DNA of 63,452 bases, counting the filler, from Stramenopiles sp. TOSAG23-2 (Eukaryota), in assembly GCA_900128395.1 (NCBI GenBank). It is 14 parts of 14 records of this genome, joined end to end, with 100 filler letters (N's around TTAATTAATTAA, not from the genome) between each part and the next. Parts side by side here need not be neighbours in the genome. Positions count along the whole stretch, not along the records: positions 1 to 4,462 come from LT650890.1; positions 4,563 to 9,021 come from LT650891.1; positions 9,122 to 13,579 come from LT650892.1; 11 more parts are not named here. One strand, 5' to 3'. Shown one piece after another: positions 1-12,578 of this stretch. The notes beneath the pieces were generated by a model. That model was not told where the DNA came from, searched no databases, and saw only the letters and a list, made by a program, of their open reading frames with translations. The stretch's first letter is position 1. Each line of letters starts with the position of its first letter. A program made the position numbers and the translations under genes.

Positions 1-1217
1 TCTTCGATTTTTTCTACAATTTCATTATTAACTTGATCATGTTTGAAAAATTCTTCTGCTTGAGCCATAGACACGCTGTCATTATTTGTGATATCTTCGT
101 TGTTTTTTGCATTATTAATTGTATTTGAAGAAGCATTGGAATCATCATCATTACTATTTTTCTGATTTATGATATTATCGCTTGTTATATCATTTTCACG
201 TACGATTTGTCTACCTGTAATTGAACTTCTTTTCATAAAATCAGGCATTTCTGATCTCATTTTATCATTGTTGTTGTTATTATTATTACTACTACCATCA
301 TTTAATTTTCGTTTTTTATTTGTATCCTCTTCCCAATTCCAATCATCACTAACTTGTGCAATTTTCACATTCAATTTATACCCATCGTTCCCAATTTTTT
401 GAAACAATTGTTGTTGCTCTGAATTACCAACTAATTTCTGCCTATTTGGTGAATTGGTAGAACCTGATGGATTGCGATCAGATTCATTGCCACCACCATA
501 TTGCATTTTTCGCTTTTCTTCCTCTTCCTTCTCCAATAAATCTTCCGCTTCATTCATTTTAACCTCATATGGACTTAATTTATTCCAACTTTGACCATTC
601 AAAAGGTTCAAAAGTTCTAAGATGGGTTTTAATTGGGTTTGCACTTTCTTTACCAAACCAATTTGACGAGTATTTGTTTTTGTTAATTCACATTGTTGAA
701 TATCACCATGACGTCCTTTTCTAGTACATTCTGGACATATGAGATTACCAATACTAGCAATGGATTCTGTTGTGTAAATGATTAAATCATTATTTTGATC
801 ACAACATCGATTGCTACATATATATTTATTTTTCAAATCAGATGGGCTTTTTTGCACTTTCCTCATATTTTCCTCTAATAATGATATACGATATCTTAAC
901 GTATTGATAAAATAATCGAAACTAATATAATAATATTCTTGCTTCTGATATACATCTTTAGATATCATATGTTGCATAAATAATGTTTTCACTAACGCTT
1001 TCATCCACCTTTCGCTTCGTGTTCGCAACCTTCCATTTAATACATTCCTATAATGTAACGGATCTGCTTCATTGAAAGTGATGTATTCGACAGATACGAT
1101 CATATCCAACACGGTGACATAATCATCTGTATAAAAACCTTGTGCAACATAATTTACTAATTTTCGAAAGTTAAGTTGCACTAAATTAGGATGCATTTTC
1201 CTTTTCGATGATGACAT
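1..1217 (-). CDS. General transcription factor IIE alpha subunit-like (3' end runs off window)
   Basis: Not in the ORF track. Manual translation from ATG at 1217 gives MSSSKRKMHPNLVQLNFRKLVNYVAQGFY...EYYYISFDYFINTLRYRI...YICSNRCC...LICPEC...LKPILELL: winged-helix 'YYYI' motif followed by a zinc ribbon, typical of TFIIE-alpha. Confidence 0.7.
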   Translation of the reverse strand, partial: MSSSKRKMHPNLVQLNFRKLVNYVAQGFYTDDYVTVLDMIVSVEYITFNEADPLHYRNVLNGRLRTRSERWMKALVKTLFMQHMISKDVYQKQEYYYISFDYFINTLRYRISLLEENMRKVQKSPSDLKNKYICSNRCCDQNNDLIIYTTESIASIGNLICPECTRKGRHGDIQQCELTKTNTRQIGLVKKVQTQLKPILELLNLLNGQSWNKLSPYEVKMNEAEDLLEKEEEEKRKMQYGGGNESDRNPSGSTNSPNRQKLVGNSEQQQLFQKIGNDGYKLNVKIAQVSDDWNWEEDTNKKRKLNDGSSNNNNNNNDKMRSEMPDFMKRSSITGRQIVRENDITSDNIINQKNSNDDDSNASSNTINNAKNNEDITNNDSVSMAQAEEFFKHDQVNNEIVEKIE

Positions 1218-1920
1218 ATTTTAAAATGTATGTGTGGTATTTACTACTTAGAATTACAAAAAATCTATATAAGTATTAATAAATACTTAATGCTAGTGTA
1301 TATATATATATATAAATTTTAGAAAATAAACTATAAAATAGAATAATTATATATATATATATATATATATATACAAATGAAGAATTCCATTTCATTATTA
1401 CCATTTAGCAGTTGCTTTACAAATCAAGTATTATACTTGTATACCATCTTAGTAAATAATATCGGCGTCATTGCATAATACATTTTTTTCAAATTCTTTT
1501 CTGGCCATTTAAGGGATCCCATGGATCTCCCAATCAATTTGATAAAATCCAGCATCAAGGAAATAATTAAGGAAATTAACTTTAATTCATTTAATAGCAT
1601 AGCGATAACACACCAACCTCTTACAAAAAACTATAAAAAAACCACACAAAAAAGCACCAAACCAGCAAACCAGCATCAGCAAAAGCAACAAAAGAACCAG
1701 GGAGAAAGAACGAATGTTTTATTCCATCCACATCAGTTATATTTCTACACGTCATCATATGTCCATATCATAGAATCTCTTGCACTATTCCAAAATATAT
1801 AGATTAGTAATAACAGATAGATACAGCTATTCCTATATCAATTTGATTTAGACATATATATATATATATATTATAGATTAATAATCAACCTATATTTTTA
1901 CAAATATCAATATTTATACC

Positions 1921-2886
1921 ATGTCAACTTTCGGCGGGTATCATGCTGTCATGTTACCACAGTCTGAGTTTAGTGTCAAACTGATGGCATGTTTACAATA
2001 TTTTAAGATTCCATATACATGGTCTTTAATGCCAAGAAATAAAAAACTATTACCAGGCCCGGGCTTGATTCCTGTATTGAAAACGCCAGATGGACAAATT
2101 ATATATGATACTATGGAAATTTTTAACTGGCTAAATGAGAATGAGGAAAGGTGTAAAGGAAAAATTTATCCGAAACATTTAGACCGAAGTATGGTAGAAG
2201 AAATTGAAGTGACGTGTGAGATTGTATATTGTCACTCACAATTTATATTTTCACGAAAAGAATATTTTGATAAATGCCAATACGAGAAATGGGATGACTT
2301 TTTGAAAACACAAAATTGCTTGATACGCTGTTTACTCAGTGCTAGAAAAATTCAACAAAAATTTGAAAAAGCTATACCAGAAATGATTAAAGATAAGATT
2401 GGCTATGATAGTATAGACTTTGAAAATCCAACCAAAGGCTTTCAAAAAACGATGGAAATTTTTGAGTCAATATTAAAAAAAAATAAAGGACAGTATTTAC
2501 TTGGCAATACGGACGGACCAACTGCTCCAGATTTTGCATTATACGGTATGCTTGTAAAGCTTTTACCACCTGGATTTATGGGCTTTATGCCTACCCTTTA
2601 CGAAAATATATCAATATTGGCGGATCCAAACAATGGAAATCCTTATAGATTGCTTCAAAAGTGGCATGAAAACATGGCTTCAATTAGTAATTTTAATAAC
2701 GATTCCTGGACAGATGTTTCATTAACTGTTACTCCAGAACGTCCAAATATCAAATTTATTACAGAACCTTTTGGTACACCAGAAAGTACTATTATTCAAT
2801 TCGATCCGAAGAAACATGGAAAGCGTGTGTTAAAGCATATTGACCACGATACTGTAATTTCTAAATTTGGCGTATCGGATTTTTAG
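1921..2886 (+). CDS. Glutathione S-transferase-like protein
   Basis: N-terminal thioredoxin-like GST motif (SEFSVKL...GLIPVLKTPDGQIIYDT) and C-terminal YLLG..PTAPDFALYGML. Confidence 0.75.
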   Translation: MSTFGGYHAVMLPQSEFSVKLMACLQYFKIPYTWSLMPRNKKLLPGPGLIPVLKTPDGQIIYDTMEIFNWLNENEERCKGKIYPKHLDRSMVEEIEVTCEIVYCHSQFIFSRKEYFDKCQYEKWDDFLKTQNCLIRCLLSARKIQQKFEKAIPEMIKDKIGYDSIDFENPTKGFQKTMEIFESILKKNKGQYLLGNTDGPTAPDFALYGMLVKLLPPGFMGFMPTLYENISILADPNNGNPYRLLQKWHENMASISNFNNDSWTDVSLTVTPERPNIKFITEPFGTPESTIIQFDPKKHGKRVLKHIDHDTVISKFGVSDF

Positions 2887-3393
2887 GTGAAATATAGATA
2901 TAATTATATATAATATATACGAGTATATATATATGATATGTGTAATTGTTAAAGATGTTTAGAGAATATATATAATGAAGGTTGAGAATATATTTTATTA
3001 TAATTTTCTCTTAATCATACTCATAGATATTGTAATATATATACGAGTATATATACACTGTTTTCGTACGACGGACATATAATATATATACGAAAGTATA
3101 CATATTTATTTTTATTTATGATAATAAAAATATTGGTTTAACATGACCGAAATATTTTAATTTAAAATTTTTTATTTTAAAAATATCAAAATGTAAAATA
3201 TTTAATTCAAAAAGTATTTTTTATGTAATACGACGTAATTTTTACTAAGTATGATATTTATTTTAATTTATGATACCCACATGATAATTCTTACGCGCCG
3301 TACTCTTCAAAAGAATACAATAACTGAGAGGCAATAATATCTATCGCACACTATGATAATATGCATAATATGGTATAAAAGAGTATTATCTAT

Positions 3394-4446
3394 CTATTTC
3401 GCTGCATCAACTTTGACATTTTTATCAAGGCCACCAGCTGCCATTTTTGATCCCCCAGCAGTTGATGAATGTATCTTTGTTAAATCACCAGTATATGCTT
3501 CATACCACATTAACAGAATTTCACAAAATCCAATAACAGCTAAAAAATAAGTCGCTTTCATATTGGCACGGTTTTCAGATTTAACAATCGATGCATTCAA
3601 TGAACGTACCATGAAAAATGCCATGGATAGCCCAGTGTAAATCAATGTTGGATAATACATCCACCAACCGAATAACAAAGCTACTATCATGTTTATGCAT
3701 AGCCCAACATATTTATAACCTGTATATGCGCCTAATTCAAACAATGATAAAGTTTCCAAATTAAACATATACATACCACCACGTATAATAATAATTTCAA
3801 GCAATTGACTCATCATAGCTGAGACAGCGACATCGTATAAAACTTCTGGGGTAAAACGCATGCTTTGTCCTTTCAGTAACCCGATGATAAGGACAAATGT
3901 AAACAGTCCCATGGTTGGAATGTATAAATCTGGGCAATTGATATCTTTTGATGGTGGTAAAAAATTAAAATCTGTATTTTTTGCACCATCTTGGTAACCA
4001 GATGTAACACGTTTCCATGCTTTGACACGAAATGGAAATAATAAACGACCAAGCTTATTAAATACCATTTTATTCTGAACATTGAAATAATATTTCAAAG
4101 ATCTCCACATAACAATAAAGCCTGGCATATATTTAGCAAAAGTAGATTCGCCCATGGTACGAGCGTATTTTATTCCAGCATCGCGTACTAAATTATTCAT
4201 CTCGTTGCCGTTATTATTACCATTACTCCCGGCATTCAAAGCAGCATTTGCAAACGAGTCAAATGCATTTGCATTCCAGTTATTTGCCCCACCCTGTTGC
4301 TGTGGTACATTCATTGATTGTTGCTGCTGTGGAATTTGAGTTTGTTGTTGTGGTACTTGTTGAAAATTACCACCATACCCTACATTATTTGCACGTTGAT
4401 GTAGATTCTTTGCATTCGCATTTGTTTTTGGAGTTGGATATTGCAT
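3394..4446 (-). CDS. YIF1: YIF1 family ER-Golgi trafficking membrane protein
   Basis: LKYYFNV..KMVFNKL..LLFPF, PPSKDINCPDLYIPTMG, FTPEVL and AYTGYKYVG motifs; multiple TM segments. Confidence 0.92.
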   Translation of the reverse strand: MQYPTPKTNANAKNLHQRANNVGYGGNFQQVPQQQTQIPQQQQSMNVPQQQGGANNWNANAFDSFANAALNAGSNGNNNGNEMNNLVRDAGIKYARTMGESTFAKYMPGFIVMWRSLKYYFNVQNKMVFNKLGRLLFPFRVKAWKRVTSGYQDGAKNTDFNFLPPSKDINCPDLYIPTMGLFTFVLIIGLLKGQSMRFTPEVLYDVAVSAMMSQLLEIIIIRGGMYMFNLETLSLFELGAYTGYKYVGLCINMIVALLFGWWMYYPTLIYTGLSMAFFMVRSLNASIVKSENRANMKATYFLAVIGFCEILLMWYEAYTGDLTKIHSSTAGGSKMAAGGLDKNVKVDAAK

Positions 4447-4462
4447 TTTTGCTAGTATATAT

Positions 4463-4562
4463 NNNNNNNNNNNNNNNNNNNNNNNNNNNNNNNNNNNNNN
4501 NNNNNNTTAATTAATTAANNNNNNNNNNNNNNNNNNNNNNNNNNNNNNNNNNNNNNNNNNNN
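4463..4562. other. Artificial contig linker (N44-TTAATTAATTAA-N44); recurs at 9022, 13580, 18131, 22675, 27216, 31756, 36296, 40829, 45360, 49887, 54411, 58933
   Basis: Identical 100-nt spacer with stops in all six frames; intervening contigs decrease in length (4459, 4458, 4451...). Confidence 0.97.
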
Positions 4563-4828
4563 GTGCATTTGATGTTATCAATGTATTGTTAAAATATCAG
4601 AAATGAAGGACAACGTAATATTTTTCTATAATTTTACGTAAAAAATACGAGTATAAAAAAATTTTTAAAATTCTTCTGGCCATAATACATACGCGTAGGT
4701 TATTTCAATCCTTTAACAAAACAATCGTTTTGCCCTTTTCCATGCCCAAGCGGTTTCTATGGTTTGATTAAAGCTGGTACAATCCAAAAGACTCTCCACC
4801 TTTGTTCTCGTATTTTTAATTTTATTTT

Positions 4829-5053
4829 TTACTGTATTGGCACAATTTGTGCAGATGTACGTATCTCCTCCTTTTTATTTTTGTCATTTAATTTATTATC
4901 CCCTGTTGCACCTACTTTCTGTTTCGCTATTTCTATGGCAAATAGCTCCCAGAATTTGTCTGGGAGCTCTTTCACCAACTGCTGTACCACCTGTGGTAAT
5001 TCATTTTTATCCATACCTTGGACAATCCAGCAATCTTTGTTATACTGTGGCAC
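4829..5053 (-). CDS. Coding-like exon or fragment of unknown protein, possibly degenerate
   Basis: Codon-like segment starting after an AT-rich intron-type acceptor (...ATACCAG); coding-like sequence appears to continue in another frame toward ~4710. Confidence 0.3.
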   Translation of the reverse strand: MPQYNKDCWIVQGMDKNELPQVVQQLVKELPDKFWELFAIEIAKQKVGATGDNKLNDKNKKEEIRTSAQIVPIQ

Positions 5054-5467
5054 CTGGTATAATAATATAATAATAATAAAATATTATTAAATAATAATAA
5101 TAGTAGGAGAGTAAGAGGGGCACAGGCTGGGCACCAGGGTTTATTTATTTTTTTTCAAACAAAACAACAAAAACAACACAACATATATATAATAAAACAA
5201 AAGAAATCGTTAGAAACAATAATATTCAAAGGAAATATACATATATATATATATATAAATACATCTACCTTATATTATATACATATACATTTATATATAT
5301 ATATATATATATATATTTCATAATCCATCGTGTTTGTGAATAATTTTGTGATTTCATAATATATATACATTTAGTGAGAAGATATTTTAAAGATATAAAT
5401 ATATTAAATAAATCATCTTTTTAATTTATCAAGATTATATATATATATATATTTTGAAATAATAATT

Positions 5468-5911
5468 ATGAAAAAAGGTTTTTTAAATAATAATAATTCG
5501 AAGAAAAAAAAAAGTAATAAAAATAGTGGTAGCAGTAGTAAAGCAATGGATGAAACAACAGAATCGATGAAAACATTAAATGTTACGGAAAGCAATAATA
5601 ATAACAATAAAAATAACAATGTGAAACAAAAAGTACCATATACTATTGAAGATTTAGGAAATGATCGTGTAAAAGCAGTATTTACTGTCCCAGAAGAAGC
5701 AGTTGCAGCACTATCAGCAAAAGGTGCGGTTATGTATATACGTGGTGGGTCATTCCAAATGTTAAAATCAAATGATAGTACAAATACTGTATATACGATT
5801 TTTGAAAGTGTATTGCCATCAATGACATGCGATGCAATTGCAGAGAGAATACAATTTCGTATTGATAATCCAAATAGTCCTGGAATGGAAATGTTATGTA
5901 GTATTCAATAA
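5468..5911 (+). CDS. Hypothetical protein
   Basis: 147-aa ATG ORF with low-complexity N-terminus and a globular-looking C-terminus. Confidence 0.6.
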   Translation: MKKGFLNNNNSKKKKSNKNSGSSSKAMDETTESMKTLNVTESNNNNNKNNNVKQKVPYTIEDLGNDRVKAVFTVPEEAVAALSAKGAVMYIRGGSFQMLKSNDSTNTVYTIFESVLPSMTCDAIAERIQFRIDNPNSPGMEMLCSIQ

Positions 5912-6042
5912 TTTAACAAAAGTAATTTACATTTTTTATAAAATATAAAATATTTCAAAACAAAAGTATATTGTACATTTAGTTTTATTAGCTTTAACAC
6001 TCGCGCGCCTCGCACAATTTAAAACGCACAAAAACTTTTTTT

Positions 6043-6666
6043 TTACCAACCAGCATCTAAAAATGCATCTTTACCATTTAACATTCTATCTAAATTTTTA
6101 ATATCTGGATCACAACATGGACATTTAAATGGATGATCTTCATTGATTGGATTGATACCAGTATCTGTTGAGGTATTATCATTATTTACATTAGATAAAT
6201 CATCACTTGGTGAAGTCGAATTACAAAAATTATTTATAAAATCTTTCACATCGTTTTCTGTACAATCAATCACAGGTTTAAAGATTTTACCAGTTTTTGA
6301 TGTGGACCCATCTTTACTAAATACGATACATACTTCAATTGGTGCACAACCAGGTATAAAACATCTCACTTCTTGTACCATTGATATATCATATCCTGTC
6401 CAAGCTGATTTTTTGTTGTTGCTGCCTTTATCATCTTCTTTCTTCGTCGTTTTAGTCGAAGTATTATTAGTGTCATTATTTAAATATATTTCTAAATATA
6501 TTTTTGCCCATTTTTCTACAGTATTTTGTTTTTCAAGTTTTAATTTTTGTTTCTCTGCTTCAATTTCTTGCGGCGTCTTCTTGATTTCATCCACTGTAAT
6601 CTTTTTAATAGGTGCACAAAATTTTGCTGAGGTATTAATAGCTTTTCCTCCAAATGAAAAATTCAT
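6043..6666 (-). CDS. Hypothetical protein with CxxPGCxP domain and C-terminal CPCC motif
   Basis: 207-aa ORF containing QEVRCFIPGCAPIEVCIVF...KIFKPVIDCTENDV and HPFKCPCCDP. Confidence 0.7.
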   Translation of the reverse strand: MNFSFGGKAINTSAKFCAPIKKITVDEIKKTPQEIEAEKQKLKLEKQNTVEKWAKIYLEIYLNNDTNNTSTKTTKKEDDKGSNNKKSAWTGYDISMVQEVRCFIPGCAPIEVCIVFSKDGSTSKTGKIFKPVIDCTENDVKDFINNFCNSTSPSDDLSNVNNDNTSTDTGINPINEDHPFKCPCCDPDIKNLDRMLNGKDAFLDAGW

Positions 6667-7665
6667 TTTTTAATATTTGTATTTAAATAAACGTCAAAAT
6701 GTGTTAATTAAAAAATGATTCTATAAATACTATTGTTTCTTAAATAATTAATTTTACTTTCTTTTTTTTGTTTGAATTATTGTTCACAATGTCTTGAAAG
6801 TACATTTATATGTTCGCGTTATACCTGTTATTATTTTCACACAAAATATTTTTCATCTTTTCTTCTATCAAGATATATATGTTCTGTTCATTCGATTTTG
6901 TACAGTTCTAACAGTATATATATACTTTTAAAATATTATATTTAAATCATCACGTCGTGTTAAGGTATATTTTGAGATTTTATTAGGATAATTATGAGGA
7001 TCAACATTATGAATAATTATACTGAAGAGATACCAATTTTTTATCCTTATAATATCCTTACCCCCTTAAAAATTGATGTATTGTGCCACAATTCTATTAT
7101 ATTTGAATAATTTTCAAACTTTGCGACACAAACCAAATCGAGGAAGAAAATTAACTTTCTATTCTTTCCCTAAGGCCATAAAAACAGAGGGGCGTCAATG
7201 CATAAAATGAAGAAGTGTAATCCATTATTTATGGTCCACACTTCACTAGAACATATAGTAAATTTATATAAATTAGTATATATACAAGTAAAGAGTAGGC
7301 TTCATCGCTTACTTGGCTTTTCCATCAATAGAAATGATTAAACTGGAACACTATAATTCCGGCAATTTGAAGAAAATTGAACTAAAGATGGGGCAATTAG
7401 TATTGGCATAGCATTGTAGTTTTAAACATGATCCGATATGATAGGTATATTTTAATATATATACTTGTTAATATATATATTTGAGCGACTTACACATTGC
7501 GAAAACGCGAAAACACACAAATATATATATACATAACTGTCGAAATACAAACAAGAAAGTACAAGAGGTTGAAGAGGACAGAGTGAAATCATTTAATACA
7601 AAGAAGGAAAAAAAAAAAAACAATTCAGAGAGACAGACAGACAGAGAGATTAACAACAACATAAC

Positions 7666-8475
7666 ATGCCAAAAGTTACGACAACTGCTTCTCCAGCAAA
7701 CACATCTACACAAACTGCCAACCAAATTGTAGAACAAATTACTGGTACGGAAGGTGTGAAAGTAAAAATATCAAAAAGAAAGTTACAACGGGTACCAAAA
7801 TCTGTTTCACAAGAATGGGATGTATCGACCTATGTGAAAAAAGTTGGAAACACTGCGAATCAACCTACGATCCAAAATGGTAAATACAAATGTACTTTCG
7901 AAGGATGTACTCGATCATTCAATTATTCCAGTTCAAGACGTTTGCATATTCGACGTGCACATACTGGTGAACGACCATTTAAATGTCTTACGTGTGGAAA
8001 AGCTTTTCACGATAGTGGTGCTTTGAAAGCACATACATTGATTCATGATGGTGTAAAGTTTAAATGTGATATTTGTGGTAAACTTTTAGGTGCTCGCAAA
8101 ACATTGAAACGCCACATCAAACGTGTACACGAGAAAAGCAATACGAAATGGCAATGTCAATGGACAGGAGAAAGTTTCGGCACGTCAAGTGCATTGGAAA
8201 CACATATTCGTCGTCTTAAAAAAGGACACAAAATGGAAATTTACAAATTAAAAGTTGCATTTGAAGCTGTCAAAGGACAATTAGAAAAACAAAAGAAAAA
8301 ATACGAAGACAAAATCTCAACTATAGAGACGAGATACAAAAAACGTCTTGCCAAATATACTGGCAAAAAATTATCAGGAGGAGCACAACAAGCAGCAGGT
8401 AATAAAAGAAAAAAAGATGATGAAGATGAATATTACAATGATGGTGCTAAAAAAAAACGTTCAAGAGAAATTTAA
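7666..8475 (+). CDS. C2H2 zinc-finger protein
   Basis: Four C2H2-type fingers with a canonical HTGERPFKC linker, then a coiled coil and a basic NLS-like tail. Confidence 0.92.
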   Translation: MPKVTTTASPANTSTQTANQIVEQITGTEGVKVKISKRKLQRVPKSVSQEWDVSTYVKKVGNTANQPTIQNGKYKCTFEGCTRSFNYSSSRRLHIRRAHTGERPFKCLTCGKAFHDSGALKAHTLIHDGVKFKCDICGKLLGARKTLKRHIKRVHEKSNTKWQCQWTGESFGTSSALETHIRRLKKGHKMEIYKLKVAFEAVKGQLEKQKKKYEDKISTIETRYKKRLAKYTGKKLSGGAQQAAGNKRKKDDEDEYYNDGAKKKRSREI

Positions 8476-9477
8476 AGAATATATGATACGTAATTTGAAC
8501 TTGAATGGAACTGAAAAGATGAAACAAGAGAAATGATATAACAATGTGTGTGTGTTAAAAAACTTGATTGCCACGCGCGACACATTTGATTATTATTATT
8601 ATATAATATATATGATGTATATATGCAAGAAAGATGGATTGAAAAGAGATATACATATATATATATGCCTAAATTATTTATTGACGGAGAGACAGTAGTG
8701 GGAGACAGAGATTAGGGAGCGTGTGGTGTAAGAGCTAGCTCGACTAATTATACTGTGTGTGTGGGTGCGGTGCTTATTTTTTTATAAAAAAAAGTTAAAT
8801 GTCTTCCTTACACTTTTAATATTAATATATTGAACAAATATCACACTCTAAAATTTATACGCGTCGTATTTCAATACTGACGGCTCGTCGGCTCGTACAC
8901 ACATTTACCATTTTTATATACGAGTTCGTATCTCATCTACGACCTACGTAATACAACGAACATCTTTCTAAAAATTCTCTCGTTCCATATTGAAATCTCT
9001 ACCTGGACAACAAATAGGTGCNNNNNNNNNNNNNNNNNNNNNNNNNNNNNNNNNNNNNNNNNNNNTTAATTAATTAANNNNNNNNNNNNNNNNNNNNNNN
9101 NNNNNNNNNNNNNNNNNNNNNAAGCACCAAATACATGTAAAAATAATAGATTTATTACACATACACTTATAGCTTTTTAGAACTGATATGAATCTCTATC
9201 AAGACATATATATATATATCAACATATACCAAGAAACAAAGGAATATATTGCTAGAATAGATACAATCTATATTCATCATAAATAAAATAAAAATACATA
9301 TATAGAAAATTAATTATACTGTGCACACATCATCGTATATTATAAATCAATAATAATATACACTTGGGGGCTATAAATCAACCAATATTAGTTTCCTATT
9401 TTTGTTTTGTTTTTTTTCTCTTGGTTCTGTACAATAATAATAATAATAATCTCTGTCAACAATATATAAATCAAAAT

Positions 9478-10428
9478 ATGAGGGTTGATGATGGGAATAA
9501 AACCAATAGTAAATTATTTATTAAATTTGTATCAGGTGGTATTGCTGGTATAGTAGCAAAAACAACAGTTGCACCTGCAGATAGAGTTAAAATATTGTTT
9601 CAAGTAAATAGTACAAAAAAATTTACATTTGGAAATGTAATACGTGAAATTGGTGCAATAGTAAAACATGATGGAATAACCGCATTATGGAGAGGTAATA
9701 CAGCAAGTGTATTGCGCGTGTTTCCATATGCAGGCATGCAATTTTTTTCGTTTGATGTATATTCGTCCTTTTTAAAAAATAGTCGTTCTAAAAACGATAA
9801 TCCCCTAATATCAAATTATTGGCGTCTCCAAGGGGAACGTTTAGTTTCTGGTGCACTAGCAGGCGCAACATCTGTTGCTTTTACTTACCCGTTAGATTTA
9901 ATGCGTGCACGTATGGCCGTGCAAATGAGTGCAAAAGGGGAAAGGATTGGAATTATTAAAACATTCAGGTCTATTTTAAACGAAGGTGGAAGCTATTCAT
10001 TTTTTCGTGGTATTAAACCAACATTACTTGGTATATTACCATATGCTGGCTTTGCATTTTTAGGTTTTCATAGTATTAAAGGGCATGTGGAAGAAATTCG
10101 TGGTAGGGAAATATTATGGTGGGAACGATTGTTATCTGGCTCATTAGCTGGTTTAATTGCACAAAGTATATCATATCCATTGGATATGGTTCGAAGACGA
10201 ATGCAAACTGAACGTGTTGTTTTCGCAGATAGCCCTGCTTCCCGAATAAGATATAGTAGTATTGGTGGGACGCTTAATTTAATATATAGAGCTGAAGGTT
10301 TTCGTGGTGTTTTTAAAGGTTTAACCATGAATTGGATTAAAGGACCATTAGCTGTTGGTATAAGTTTCTCTACGAATGATTATTTTAAAAAACATTTAGG
10401 CTTGTATTATAACGGTGAAGAAGAGTAG
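9478..10428 (+). CDS. Mitochondrial carrier, CoA transporter (SLC25A42/Leu5)-like
   Basis: Three carrier repeats (PADRVK, PLDLMR, PLDMVR), LWRGNTASVLRVFPYA and GLTMNWIKGP. First ATG at 9478 preferred over the TTG start. Confidence 0.9.
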   Translation: MRVDDGNKTNSKLFIKFVSGGIAGIVAKTTVAPADRVKILFQVNSTKKFTFGNVIREIGAIVKHDGITALWRGNTASVLRVFPYAGMQFFSFDVYSSFLKNSRSKNDNPLISNYWRLQGERLVSGALAGATSVAFTYPLDLMRARMAVQMSAKGERIGIIKTFRSILNEGGSYSFFRGIKPTLLGILPYAGFAFLGFHSIKGHVEEIRGREILWWERLLSGSLAGLIAQSISYPLDMVRRRMQTERVVFADSPASRIRYSSIGGTLNLIYRAEGFRGVFKGLTMNWIKGPLAVGISFSTNDYFKKHLGLYYNGEEE

Positions 10429-11315
10429 ATGTATATATATATATATACTGTGGCTGAACTTGTATAATATATATATGTAAATATTCGTATGTAATATATA
10501 TATGTGTGCATATATATATAATTGAGAGAAAACAAACTCACATGTTATATAATTTTTTTGTATCTGTGGTTACACGCGCGCATATCATATATAGTACGAA
10601 TATAATAATATTAATTACGAATGTATTATGTATTCCTCAATGAAATTAATGATGATAGAGAGAGGGAGGATTACGATTTTTTACAAAACAGGGAATTATT
10701 TTCGTTAATTTTTTTACACTCTGAAAAAAATATACACCACACACGTAAAAAAAAAAAATTAAAAAGTTATTTTAAAAGAAAACATTTTTTATCTAGACAA
10801 AGTGCTTCTTCTACGAAGCCAGGGAAGTATTACCAGTCTACATGTCGTCTCTCTCTATTACATAATTGATACTTATGTCCCTCGTGTCTAAGTTGTACGC
10901 TTCGTACGAAAGTACTCTTGTTTCAGCATATTCGGTACAGCAGCAATTGAATAATTGCCTCATTAACACCTGTACCTTCTAAAAAGTAGATACCATCAAG
11001 GGTGTTGCTTTGGCATTCATCATGTTGTGCCTGAAGTTCATTGATGGTAAAGCAAAGGAAAATTTGTCTCTTTAATTTAACTTCAAGACTGCTAAATTGT
11101 GTACAAGTAATTCTCTATTTGGTTCTGTTAGTATAATATACGAGTATTCATTTTAATACGTATAAATTATTTTTATTTACGAATTCGTACCATATAATCA
11201 TTTTTTTAACCGGAAGACCAGTGTGTATCAAGGTAGTATCAAAATACGAGTATAATATATGGATACAAATGGACCTCTTTCCTATGTGGTGCTCGTTCTC
11301 TCTCTCCGTCTCGTT

Positions 11316-12525
11316 TTACAACACATGTTTATGATCATCCTCTGTCATAAATGTAAAAATACGTGAAGATAATGCATAGCTACTCCTTCCATTGTCACTT
11401 ATTATCCCTGATAATAAATTCTTTCGCTCATCTACTGTTAAATTGTGATTATGATATTCATCATATAAAGTTTTAAATGTTGGATAACTATTTGTTATAT
11501 TTAATGCTTTCTTTGCAGATACACCATTTATTTGCATTAACATTCTCATCCATGTTCGTCGTAATTCACGTTTTGAATCGTTGAAAAACGATTGTGTCAT
11601 TGGTACTCGTGCTTTCTTTAAAAAGCTTAAACTGTTTTTATCTTTATTATATGGTTTTGTAGCTAAATAACGTGTAATACCTTTCAATTCCTTTCCAACA
11701 CGTTCGATTGAATCAAAACACTGAACTTCCACATCATATTCAATATATAATTTATTGGAAATTGCCATGACATCACTTTCAGTTATTAAGTTGGTATTTT
11801 TTTTTCGATTTTTTTTATTTCTACTGGATAAACATTTACTCCATTCTGCAACAAGTAGCAAAATGCGCGGTTTTGATTTAACATATTTGACACCAAAATG
11901 ATTCGATTGATCCCTTTTCTCTTTAAACTCAGTGATCCAAGGTTTTTGATATAATCTCAATCCTTCAACAAGTTTAAATAATAATGTATTATGGATTTGA
12001 TTCAATTGCCATTTTTTTTTATAATCAACTATAAAATCATAAAAATCATCGCCACTATAAACAACAGCTGTCCAAACAAAACCACTACATTGTTTACCAG
12101 GGATTTCATGTGTCCATTCAATAGAATTTCGAACATATTTATTAGTTGCATTTGAACTGTTATCGTTGCTATTGATGACTTTAAAATTAGCAATTTTACT
12201 ACCATATTTTTCTTCCTCTTCAATAGTCTTACTGATACTTTGACCAATTGGAGATTCATACAATGAATTTTCAACATTAACAACAATTTCATCAAATTGA
12301 AATTTACCATTGGCACGTAATGTTTCTTGACGTTTTAATTTTTTTCTCTGTTTCTCTAATTCTTTTTGCTCACGAGCTAATTTCTTTGCTTCTTGTCGCT
12401 TACGTTTTGCAAGTTCTTTTTTACTTAATTTAGTAGCACCTTCGTCTGATTCACTACTGCTCTTTCTTTTCTTCGTTTTTGCCATCGTTTTATTCTTCTT
12501 CGTATTTGATTTTTCATTATTTTCA

Positions 12526-12578
<53 letters not shown>

